The notes under the pieces are model-generated. The model saw nothing but the letters and a program-made list of their open reading frames with translations. It did not search any database and was not told the DNA's origin. Source: a plasmid. From it: 64,000 nucleotides of DNA. Below are positions 35,633-47,025 of this stretch, one piece after another; position 1 is the first letter of the stretch, and each line of letters begins with the position of its first letter. The position numbers and the translations under genes were made by a program. Location of the stretch: the sequence record NZ_LR134454.1. One strand, given 5' to 3'.

Positions 35633-37284
35633 GTCAGCTTCTTCGCGCGCAGCTCGTGCCCGCTGGAGGTCAGGCAGCGGCCGGACTCGAGGTCCCACTG
35701 CCAGCCGTGCAGGTTGCAGGTCAGCTTGCCGCCTTCGACCACGCCGAACTTCGACAGGTCGGCCTTGAGGTGCGGGCAGCGGCGCTGCACCTCCCAGCCG
35801 TCCAGCTCGGTCGACGCGGTGTCGTCGTGCGCCTCGGAGAACCAGCCGTCGGCGTAGGCGATCCGCTCGTCGGTGAGGCACTTGAAGAAGGTGTAGAGGA
35901 ACTCGTTGTAGCCGCCGATGCGCCACGTGGTGAACCGCGTCGACAGGAAGATTGTGTTCACCCAGTCCGGCTCGTCGTCGCGCAGCACCGTGCGCACCAG
36001 CTCCGCGGCGATGCGGAAGCCGTACCGGTACTTGCCGTCGCCCTCCTCCGGGCTGCGGACCGTGCGGTTCGGGAAGTCGAGCACGACGGTCTCGACGGCA
36101 CCGTCGGGCGAGGCCATCTCGAGCCCGACCGCGTAGCCGATCCCGTCGCTGATCAGCGCGGACGCCTGCATGATCGGCTCGAACTTGGCCTTGAGGGCCG
36201 GCAGCAGGGGCTGCCCGTCGTCCTTCGCCCACGTGGCCTTCTCGGCCTCGAGGACCGGCGCCTGGCGGGCCGCGAAGGCGTCCAGGTAGGCCGTCTTGTT
36301 CTCGAAGATGTCCATCACCTCGGCCTCGGAGACCGGGTGCGTGAGGGACTTCAGCTCCTTGCCGGCGAAGTCGCCGACGGTGCCGGGGATGAACAGCAGG
36401 CCGCCGTCGTTGCCGTTCGCCTTCATCTGCTCCAGGAAGGTGATCTGGTCCGGGAAGATGTTCGACGGGTCGCCGCCGATCGTCTCGCGGTCCACGCGGC
36501 CCTCGTCGTTGAGGTAGCGCAGCTCGGGATCGAGGAACGCGGGCGGGCCCGCGGACGGCACGACCCAGGTGCCGGCGACCTGGTCGACGTAGCTGCGGGC
36601 GCGGTCCATGCCGCGCTGGCGCTTCTGCTCGGCGAAGCGGCGCTTGGAGCCCTTCGGCATGTCGTAGACCATCGGGTACCAGATGGCGCCCGAGTATTGC
36701 AGCAGGTGCACGTCGATGCCGCCGAACTCGTCGAGCACCTCCATGTCCACCGGGCGGGCGTCGTTCATGTTGAACAGCACCGTCTCGCCGTCGGAGACGA
36801 CGAGGCCCGAGTCGCCGATCGGGCCGTCCGCGGGTGCGCGCAGCGCGATGATCATCACGTCGAGGTCGCCCTTGGGGCCGCTGACCGTGTGCTTGACGGA
36901 GTCCTGCGTCTCGAAGAACTTCGTGAAGCCCAGCTTCTCCAGCTCGCGCCGCAGGTCCGGCACGGGGTAATCGGGCAGCATGACGGTCGCGTCCTTGCTC
37001 ACGTTCTCGGCGAGATTCTTCGCGTCGAAGTGGTCGCGGTGCAGGTGGGAGACGTAGAGGTAGTCGACGTCGCCCAGGGCTTTCCAGTCCAGCTGCGTGT
37101 TGTCCGGGAAGGGGAACCACGAGCCGAAGTACGCGGGGTTCACCCACGGATCGCACAGGATGGTGCCTGCGGCGGTGGAGATGTGGAAACCCGCGTGCCC
37201 GACGCTGGTGACCTGCACTGTGGAGCCTTTCGCCGTGATCGTTACCGCTACAGCGTAATGGGCGCCCGGCGTACCGGCTGACAC
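35629..37284 (-). CDS. MBL-fold hydrolase fused to C-terminal Rieske [2Fe-2S] domain protein
   Basis: N-terminal HLHRDH (MBL). C-terminal CPHLKADL…CNLHGWQWD (CxH…CxxH Rieske). This corresponds to the M. tuberculosis Rv3818-type protein. Confidence 0.8.
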   Translation of the reverse strand: MSAGTPGAHYAVAVTITAKGSTVQVTSVGHAGFHISTAAGTILCDPWVNPAYFGSWFPFPDNTQLDWKALGDVDYLYVSHLHRDHFDAKNLAENVSKDATVMLPDYPVPDLRRELEKLGFTKFFETQDSVKHTVSGPKGDLDVMIIALRAPADGPIGDSGLVVSDGETVLFNMNDARPVDMEVLDEFGGIDVHLLQYSGAIWYPMVYDMPKGSKRRFAEQKRQRGMDRARSYVDQVAGTWVVPSAGPPAFLDPELRYLNDEGRVDRETIGGDPSNIFPDQITFLEQMKANGNDGGLLFIPGTVGDFAGKELKSLTHPVSEAEVMDIFENKTAYLDAFAARQAPVLEAEKATWAKDDGQPLLPALKAKFEPIMQASALISDGIGYAVGLEMASPDGAVETVVLDFPNRTVRSPEEGDGKYRYGFRIAAELVRTVLRDDEPDWVNTIFLSTRFTTWRIGGYNEFLYTFFKCLTDERIAYADGWFSEAHDDTASTELDGWEVQRRCPHLKADLSKFGVVEGGKLTCNLHGWQWDLESGRCLTSSGHELRAKKLT

Positions 37285-37318
37285 ACCGTGGAGACGGCCG
37301 CGCGGCTACGCTGGCCGT

Positions 37319-38083
37319 GTGGAACCCGTCTACGGAACGATCATCAAGGTGGCCCGCGGCATGTGGGCCTATCAGGGCATCAAGTTCACCGAGGTGGACT
37401 TCCATAAGTTCCCTCGCACCGGTGGCGCCGTCGTGGCGATCAACCACACCGGTTACCTCGACTTCCCGTTCGCGGGCAAGCCCGCCGACGAGGCCGGGCA
37501 CCGCAAGGTGCGGTTCATGGCGAAGCAGGAGGTCTTCGACAATTCGAAGACCGGCCCCATCATGCGCGCGCTGCGGCACATCCCCGTCGACCGCGAGGCG
37601 GGAGCGACCGCCTACCAGGCCGCGGTGGACGCGCTCAAGGCCGGCGAGCTCGTCGGCGTCTACCCCGAGGCCACGCACAGCCGCAGCTTCGAGCTCAAGG
37701 GTTTCAAGTCCGGCGCCGCGCGCATGGCGATCGAGGCGAACGTGCCGATCGTCCCCGTCGTGGTCTGGGGCGCCCAGCAGATCTGGACCAAGGGCCTCCC
37801 CAAGCAGCTCGGCCGGAACAAGTTCCGCATCGTCATCGGCGTCTGCGACCCGCTGGATCCCGTCGGGCCGCCCGACGAGCTGACCGCCCGGCTCAAGGAC
37901 TCGATGCAGGCCATGCTGCTGCAGTTGCAGGATCTGTACGGCCCGCACCCGCAGGGCGAGCCGTGGGTGCCCGCGCGCCTCGGCGGCACCGCGCCCACGC
38001 TGGAGGAGGCGGACGCCATGGACGCCGCCGACCTCGACGAGCGTCGCCGCGCCCGGGAGGAACGTCAGGCCGACGGTGCCTGA
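37319..38083 (+). CDS. lysophospholipid (1-acyl-sn-glycerol-3-phosphate) acyltransferase, PlsC family
   Basis: HX4D motif NHTGYLD. GTG start. Confidence 0.85.
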   Translation: MEPVYGTIIKVARGMWAYQGIKFTEVDFHKFPRTGGAVVAINHTGYLDFPFAGKPADEAGHRKVRFMAKQEVFDNSKTGPIMRALRHIPVDREAGATAYQAAVDALKAGELVGVYPEATHSRSFELKGFKSGAARMAIEANVPIVPVVVWGAQQIWTKGLPKQLGRNKFRIVIGVCDPLDPVGPPDELTARLKDSMQAMLLQLQDLYGPHPQGEPWVPARLGGTAPTLEEADAMDAADLDERRRAREERQADGA

Positions 38084-38981
38084 GGGCGCCGGTTCCGAGT
38101 TCGGCGTGGTCGCTGCATCCGAGGGGTCCGGCGCTGCTGCGGCGGCGCCGGGGCTCGAGGTGCTCGGCGCGGCGCCGATCCTGGTCGCGAGCGACGTCGA
38201 CGGCACGCTCGTCGACGACCATGAGCGCCTGACACTGCGGACGCACGTCGCCGTGAACGCGGTGCGCGACGCCGGCGGCCATTTCGTGCTCGCCACCGGC
38301 CGCCCGCCGCGGGCCGTTGACCCGATCGCCGACCAGCTCGACTTCGCGCCGCTGGCCGTGTGCGCGAACGGCGCGGTGCTCTACGACACCGGTTCGGGCC
38401 GGGTGGTCTCGGCGTCGCTGATGTCGCCGGAGCTGCTGGAGACCGTCGCCGACCTCGTCCGCCGGCTGCTGCCCGGCGCCGGCTTCGCCGCCGAGCGGGT
38501 CGCGCACGGCGAGCACGACACCGCGACGCCGCGGTTCGCCGCGTCGACCGGGTACCAGCACGCCTGGCTCGAACCCGACACCGTCACCGCCGCCGACGCC
38601 GAGGTCCTCGCCCACCCCGCCGTGAAGCTCCTGGTCCGGCAGCCGGGCATGACCTCCGACGAGATGCACGCCCGCATCGCCCCGCACCTGGAGGGCCTCG
38701 CCGACGTCACCTACGCCACGAACAACGGGCTCATCGAGTTCCACGTCCCCGGCGTCACCAAGGCCACCGGCATCCAGCTGGCGATCGAGCACCTCGGCCT
38801 TACCGGGGACCTCCGCACCGCCGCGTTCGGCGACATGCCCAACGACGCCGAGATGCTGCGCTGGGCGAGCATGGGTGTCGCGATGGGCAACGCCCACCCG
38901 TTGGCCCGCGGCGCCGCGAACACGGTGACCGCGACCAACCTCGATGACGGCGTCGCCCGGGTGCTCGAGCGCTGGTTCTAG
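38076..38981 (+). CDS. Cof-type HAD-IIB family hydrolase
   Basis: DxDGT motif (VASDVDGTLVDD). C-terminal GDMPND motif. Overlaps the acyltransferase stop. Confidence 0.8.
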   Translation: MPEGAGSEFGVVAASEGSGAAAAAPGLEVLGAAPILVASDVDGTLVDDHERLTLRTHVAVNAVRDAGGHFVLATGRPPRAVDPIADQLDFAPLAVCANGAVLYDTGSGRVVSASLMSPELLETVADLVRRLLPGAGFAAERVAHGEHDTATPRFAASTGYQHAWLEPDTVTAADAEVLAHPAVKLLVRQPGMTSDEMHARIAPHLEGLADVTYATNNGLIEFHVPGVTKATGIQLAIEHLGLTGDLRTAAFGDMPNDAEMLRWASMGVAMGNAHPLARGAANTVTATNLDDGVARVLERWF

Positions 38982-39003
38982 CCCGTTCGACGGTGCGCGA
39001 CGC

Positions 39004-39067
39004 ACATCTTTCGAAGCGTTCTGTGACGGAACCCGCTCGGTTCCTCGCAGAACGCTTCGAAAGATGT
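39004..39067. repeat. 64-bp palindromic element, copy A (arms acatctttcgaagcgttctg / cagaacgcttcgaaagatgt, nested ggaacc…ggttcc in loop)
   Basis: Seen in the sequence. The 20-bp arms are perfect. The right arm contains the first in-frame ATG (39064) of the DUF559 ORF. Confidence 0.85.
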
Positions 39068-39954
39068 CGGTGGGGGATCCGATCTCGGCGCTGGTGCGTC
39101 CAATGGGTATGGGGGTCCCCACACGAGAGTTGGTTCCGTACGCGACGCCGTACGAGATCCGTGCTCGATACCAGCAGGTGATCCGCGGTGTGCGCATGCC
39201 CGCGGGTCGGCCGGTGACGTTCCGCGACCTGATCGACGCGGCTCTGCTGCTGTATCCCGACGCCGTGTTCTGCGGGTGGACCGCCGCGGCCCTGCACGGC
39301 GTCGCGTACTGCGCCGACAGGCCGATCGAGGTCTGGTTTCCGCTGCCCCGACGACGGCAGGGGATCGTCATCCGCGGCGGCGCCATGCCCGATGCGGACG
39401 TGATCGTCGTCGACGGCCTCCGGCTCACGACGGGCGCCCGCACGTTCGTCGACATCGCCCGTTTCACCGACGGTGACGATGCCGTCGTCGGCGCGGATCA
39501 GTGCCTGCGGGTGCGCGACGACGGACGGTCCGTCACGACGGTGCAGGACGTCGCCGACTACCTCGACGCCCACGCGCACCTGCACCGGTCGCGTCGAGTG
39601 CGCGCCGTGCTCGCCGAGGCCGACGGAGGAGCCGAATCGCCACCCGAAACGCATCTGCGACTGCTACTCCATCGGGCCGGTCTCACCATGTTCGCCACGC
39701 AGATCGTCATCGACGGTGGCCGCTACCGCCTCGACCTCGGCGCGGACGAGTACAAGGTCGCCGTCGAATACGACGGCCGCGATCACGCCGATCCAGGGCA
39801 ACAGAGTCTGGACGCGACTCGTCGCAACACTCTGCGGCACGACTACGGCTGGGAGGTCATCGTGGTCACCGCGAAGATCCTGTCCGAGGGACGTGACGAG
39901 ATGCTCCGCCAGGTGCGGTCCGCCCTGGATGAGCGTGCACACGCGGCGGCATGA
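39064..39954 (+). CDS. DUF559 endonuclease-domain protein (second copy). Start is uncertain, 39064 or 39103
   Basis: C-terminus GGAESPPETHLRLLLHRAGL…VEYDGRDHAD…WEVIVVTAKIL matches the DUF559 pattern. Flanked by the two 64-bp palindromes. Confidence 0.65.
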   Translation: MSVGDPISALVRPMGMGVPTRELVPYATPYEIRARYQQVIRGVRMPAGRPVTFRDLIDAALLLYPDAVFCGWTAAALHGVAYCADRPIEVWFPLPRRRQGIVIRGGAMPDADVIVVDGLRLTTGARTFVDIARFTDGDDAVVGADQCLRVRDDGRSVTTVQDVADYLDAHAHLHRSRRVRAVLAEADGGAESPPETHLRLLLHRAGLTMFATQIVIDGGRYRLDLGADEYKVAVEYDGRDHADPGQQSLDATRRNTLRHDYGWEVIVVTAKILSEGRDEMLRQVRSALDERAHAAA

Positions 39955-40018
39955 ACATCTTTCGAAGCGTTCTGCGATGAACCGGGCACGATTCGTCGCA
40001 GAACGCTTCGAAAGATGT
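39955..40018. repeat. 64-bp palindromic element, copy B (arms acatctttcgaagcgttctgcga / tcgcagaacgcttcgaaagatgt)
   Basis: Seen in the sequence. The 23-bp arms are perfect. It starts immediately after the DUF559 stop (39952–39954). Confidence 0.85.
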
Positions 40019-40057
40019 GGAGCTGCATGTGCGTGAACCCGCGCCGACCCGGCACCG

Positions 40058-40101
40058 GGTGTGACTGATGTGACAAATGTTGCTTACGTGACGAATGTTG
40101 C
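40058..40101. promoter_or_regulatory. direct repeats of GTCACA on the minus strand (TGTGAC…TGTGAC…CGTGAC) plus AATGTTGC x2 in a low-GC promoter region
   Basis: ggtgtgactgatgtgacaaatgttgcttacgtgacgaatgttgc, about 80–120 nt upstream of the SpoIID/LytB gene. This resembles direct-repeat boxes of OmpR-family response regulators such as MtrA. Confidence 0.3.
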
Positions 40102-40180
40102 AGATGGTGTTAGTCTCGACCTCACGTTGAGCTTTGCCGTTCCCTGGCACGGCTCACCTGCGTCGAGCTAAGGAGAAGCC

Positions 40181-42325
40181 ATGCCCGTGTGGATCGACGG
40201 CGGTCCTCGTCGCCGCCGCGGACGGCGTACCGTCGCGCTCGCGCTGCTCCCGGCCCTGGCCGTGGGCGGCGCCGCTGCGCTGCTCAGCACCACGAACATC
40301 GTCGGCGACCCCGAACTGGCCGCCGGCAGCGACGTGACCTTCACCGGCCAGGGCAACGGCCACGGCCGCGGCCTGGGGCAGTGGGGCGCCTTCGGCTACG
40401 CGAAGGCCGGCTGGAAGGCCGAGCAGATCGTCGCCCACTACTACGGCGGCTCCCAGCTGGCCCGCGCCGATGTGAAGCTGCCCGTCCGCGTCCAGCTCAC
40501 CACCCAGAAGGCGGCGAACGTGCTGGCCCCGGCCGGTGCCAAGATCGGCGACCAGCCCGTCGCGCCCGGTCAGGCCGTGCGCCTCGAGGGCGGGAACGCC
40601 GTCATCACCACCGGCTGCAACGGCCCGGTCGTCAAGACCGTCCCCGCCGGCGAGGACGCGACGATCTCGCCGCTCAACGCGGAGGCGGGCCGCCCCGTCG
40701 GCGAGCTCCTGACGTTCTGCGGCTCCAACGCCGCCTACCGCGGTGCGATCGCGGCCAAGGACGGCAAGGTCTTCAACGTGGTCACGATCGAGGACTACGT
40801 CCGCGGCGTGGTCCCCGTCGAGAGCAAGGTCGAATGGGCCGACCAGGGCGGCTACGAGGCCCTGCGCGCGCAGGCCATCGCGGCCCGCTCGTACGCGCTG
40901 GCCGAGGGCGCCAAGCGCGGCGACCGCTACAACGACACCCAGGACTCGCAGGTCTACGGCGGCGCCGGCAAGGAGGATCCGCGCACCGACAAGGCCGTCG
41001 CGAGCACCGCCGGCCTGGTCATGGCCAAGAACGGCTACGCCGTCTCCACCGAGTTCTCCAGCTCCACCGGCGGCTACACCGCGGGCGGCGACTTCACGGC
41101 GGTCAAGGACGACGGCGACGTCGTCTCGCCGTTCAAGAACTGGACCCAGAAGGTCCCCACGTCGAAGATCGCGCAGGAGTTCGGCGTCGGCGCGTTCAAG
41201 TCGATCCGCGTGGTCAAGACGCAGTCGGCGCAGGCCGGCCGCGTCGAGGCCGTCGAGATCGTCGGCGCGAACCGCACCGTCACCGCGAAGGGCGACGAGG
41301 TCCGCAAGAAGCTCGGCCTGCGCTCGGACTGGTTCACCATCGACGGCCAGGCCCCGGCGTCGGCCCCCGCACCGGGCGCCCCGAGCGCCCCCGGCGCGGC
41401 CACGGCACCGTCGAGCGCGACGCAGGCGCCGGTCCCCGGGCGCGTCGTGGACCAGCCGATCGTCGCGGCCCCCGTCGACCCGTTCAACCCTGTCCCGACC
41501 GCCCCGAACGCCGCGCAGACGGCCCCGACGGGCGCGACGACCCCCACCGCCGCGGCCCCGACGGCCGGCACCGTCGCCGCGGCCCCGGCCGCCCCCGCGG
41601 CGCCCGCCGTCCCGACGGTGCCCGGCGCCGCCCCGGCGGTCGCGGCCGCCGGATCCCCCGCGGTCCCCTCGGCGCCCGCCGCGGCCCCGGCAGCACCCAC
41701 CGCGCCGGCAGCGCCCGCGATCCCCGGCATCCCGGCGCCGCCCGCCGCGTCGGTCGCGGCCGCCGGCGTGCAGGCCGTGACCGGCAAGGCCGCGGTCGAG
41801 GCCGCGTACGCCGCCGCCGGCGGCGAGAAGGGCACGCTCGGCCGCGCCGTCGCGAACCCGATCGCGTTCCCCGACGGCTCGATCCTGCAGTCGTACCAGA
41901 ACGGCACCATCTACTACTCGAAGGCGAACGGCGCCCAGGTCGTCCCGTCGGGCGTCTCCGCGCCCGCCACGCTGCTCAACTGGGCCACGGCCTTCGCCGC
42001 GGGCGGCGCACCGAGCCTGCCGCCGCTCCCGCTGCTCAACCTGATCCCGGGCTGGGGCGACGTGGTCGGCATCAACCCGACCGCCGCCGACACCCCGGCC
42101 GGCGTCCCCGCGGTGCCCGTCACCCCGGGCGACACGTCCGCGGCCGCCACCCCCGGCTCGAGTACGCCTGCGGCGCCCGCCGCGCCGTCGGCCCCGTCCA
42201 CCCCGGGTGCGCCGGCCGCTCCCGCGGCCCCGGCGACCACCGCACCCGCCGCCCCGGCGGCACCCTCGGCCCCGGCGGGATCCACCCCGCTCGCGGTCCC
42301 GACGGTGCCGAACGCCCCGGCTTAG
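40181..42325 (+). CDS. SpoIID/LytB-domain cell-wall protein with Pro/Ala-rich linker and C-terminal LGFP-like repeat
   Basis: N-terminal signal/TM, SpoIID region, long PAPA linker, then GTLGRAVANPIAFPDGSILQSYQNGTIYYSKANGAQVV (LGFP-like). RBS AAGGAG. Confidence 0.8.
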   Translation: MPVWIDGGPRRRRGRRTVALALLPALAVGGAAALLSTTNIVGDPELAAGSDVTFTGQGNGHGRGLGQWGAFGYAKAGWKAEQIVAHYYGGSQLARADVKLPVRVQLTTQKAANVLAPAGAKIGDQPVAPGQAVRLEGGNAVITTGCNGPVVKTVPAGEDATISPLNAEAGRPVGELLTFCGSNAAYRGAIAAKDGKVFNVVTIEDYVRGVVPVESKVEWADQGGYEALRAQAIAARSYALAEGAKRGDRYNDTQDSQVYGGAGKEDPRTDKAVASTAGLVMAKNGYAVSTEFSSSTGGYTAGGDFTAVKDDGDVVSPFKNWTQKVPTSKIAQEFGVGAFKSIRVVKTQSAQAGRVEAVEIVGANRTVTAKGDEVRKKLGLRSDWFTIDGQAPASAPAPGAPSAPGAATAPSSATQAPVPGRVVDQPIVAAPVDPFNPVPTAPNAAQTAPTGATTPTAAAPTAGTVAAAPAAPAAPAVPTVPGAAPAVAAAGSPAVPSAPAAAPAAPTAPAAPAIPGIPAPPAASVAAAGVQAVTGKAAVEAAYAAAGGEKGTLGRAVANPIAFPDGSILQSYQNGTIYYSKANGAQVVPSGVSAPATLLNWATAFAAGGAPSLPPLPLLNLIPGWGDVVGINPTAADTPAGVPAVPVTPGDTSAAATPGSSTPAAPAAPSAPSTPGAPAAPAAPATTAPAAPAAPSAPAGSTPLAVPTVPNAPA

Positions 42326-42377
42326 TCACAGGCCCAGGCCGGGTGGCGTCATCCACGCCGCCCGGCCGGTACCCTGA

Positions 42378-45483
<3,106 letters not shown>

Positions 45484-45487
<4 letters not shown>

Positions 45488-46077
45488 GCAACGCCCCGGA
45501 GCAGGCGCTCAGCCCCGAGGAGATGATCCTCGTCGGCGTGCAGGCGCAGCTGGCCGGCCGCCCCGGCGTGCTGCCGGCGGCCCGCGGCCTCAGCCACTTC
45601 GGCGAGCACTCCCTCGGCTGGCTCGGCCTCGCCGCGCTCGGCGCGGTCCTGCAGCCGAAGCGCCGCAGGGAGTACGTCACGGCCGGCGTCGGCGCGTTCG
45701 TCGCGCACGCCGCGTCCGTCGTGATCAAGCGGATCGTGCGCCGCAAGCGCCCCGACCATCCGTACATCACGGTCGGCGTCGGCACCCCGAGCAAGCTCAG
45801 CTTCCCGTCCTCGCACGCCACCAGCTCGACCGCCGGCGCGATCCTGCTGGGCCGCGCCTCCGGCGTCCCCGGTGGCGCCGTGCTGGCGCCCGCCGCGATC
45901 GTGCCGCCGATGCTCGCCTCGCGCATGGTCCTGGGCGTGCACTACCCGACCGACGTCGCCGCCGGGGCCGCCATCGGAGCGGCGACCGCGTTGGCCGCGA
46001 TCGAGGGTGAGAGACTGTGGGCTGACCGGGCGGCGCGCTGCGCCTCGAAGAACAAGAGCAAGGGATCGAACAGCTGA
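45484..46077 (+). CDS. PAP2-family phosphatase (decaprenylphosphoryl-5-phosphoribose phosphatase, Rv3807c-like)
   Basis: PAP2 motifs KxxxxxxRP (KRIVRRKRPD), PSSH and SRxxxxxHxxxD (SRMVLGVHYPTD). Coupled to glfT2. Confidence 0.85.
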
Positions 46078-46997
46078 TGAGCGAGGAGCCGATCGAGCAC
46101 GGCGAGCCGAAGGCACCGTCGAACCTCGCCACCGGACTGATCAAGGCGATCCGGCCCCGGCAGTGGGTCAAGAACGTCCTCGTCGTGGTGGCCCCGCTGG
46201 CCGCCGGGCGCGACCAGCTCGAGTACGTCAACTTCGCGAACGTCGGGCTCGCGTTCATCGCGTTCTGCCTGGCCGCGTCGTCGATCTACCTGATCAACGA
46301 CGCCCTCGACGTCGAGGCCGACCGCCAGCACCCCACCAAGCGTTACCGCCCGATCGCCGCCGGCGTGGTGCCGGTGAACCTGGCCTACGTGCTGTCCGCG
46401 GTCTTCGCGATCGCGGCGATCGGCGTCTCGCTGCTCGCCAACAAGGACCTGGCGATCGTGATCGCGGTCTACATCGTGATCCAGCTGGGCTACTGCTTCG
46501 GCCTCAAGCACCAGGCCGTGATCGACATCTGCATCGTGAGCTCCGGCTTCCTGCTCCGGGCGATGGCCGGTGGCTTCGCCGCCGAGCTGCCCAAGGGCCT
46601 GTCGCAGTGGTTCCTGCTGGTGATGGCCTTCGGCTCGCTGTTCATGGCCGCGGGTAAGCGCTACGCGGAGCTGCAGCTCGCCGAGCGCACCGGCGCCAAG
46701 ATCCGCAAGTCGCTCGAGTACTACACCACCACCTACCTGCGGTTCGTCTGGACGCTCGCGGCCACCGCCGTGGTCCTCTGCTACGGCCTGTGGGCCTTCG
46801 ACAAGACGGTGCACCCGGACAACATCTGGTACGCCCTGTCGATGGTGCCGTTCACCGTCGCGATCCTGCGCTACGCGGTCGACGTCGACGGCGGCGAGGC
46901 GGGCGAGCCCGAGGAGATCGCCCTGGGTGATCGCGTGCTGCAGGTGCTCGCGATCGCGTGGATTGGAACCGTCGTTGCCGCGGTCTACTTCGCCTGA
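46077..46997 (+). CDS. ubiA: decaprenyl-phosphate phosphoribosyltransferase (UbiA family, DPPR synthase)
   Basis: UbiA motif NDALDVEADRQH. 8–9 TM helices. ATGA-coupled to the PAP2 gene. The position matches M. tuberculosis Rv3806c. Confidence 0.9.
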   Translation: MSEEPIEHGEPKAPSNLATGLIKAIRPRQWVKNVLVVVAPLAAGRDQLEYVNFANVGLAFIAFCLAASSIYLINDALDVEADRQHPTKRYRPIAAGVVPVNLAYVLSAVFAIAAIGVSLLANKDLAIVIAVYIVIQLGYCFGLKHQAVIDICIVSSGFLLRAMAGGFAAELPKGLSQWFLLVMAFGSLFMAAGKRYAELQLAERTGAKIRKSLEYYTTTYLRFVWTLAATAVVLCYGLWAFDKTVHPDNIWYALSMVPFTVAILRYAVDVDGGEAGEPEEIALGDRVLQVLAIAWIGTVVAAVYFA

Positions 46998-47025
46998 CGC
47001 CCCGGCCGGCGAGTCCGCCGGCACC

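Noticed and set aside
34034-38296. 1420-aa ORF on the minus strand
   Set aside because: Chimeric read-through antisense to the acyltransferase and HAD genes. Real minus-strand genes are 34034–35632 and 35629–37284 (separate frames joined by ATGA overlap).
39004-40018. The 64-bp palindromes as ordinary rho-independent terminators
   Set aside because: The stems are 20–23 bp perfect, far longer than typical terminators, and they lack U-tracts. The two copies are identical in arms but not loops. Copy A overlaps a start codon. A terminator role for copy A after the HAD gene cannot be excluded, so both interpretations are kept.
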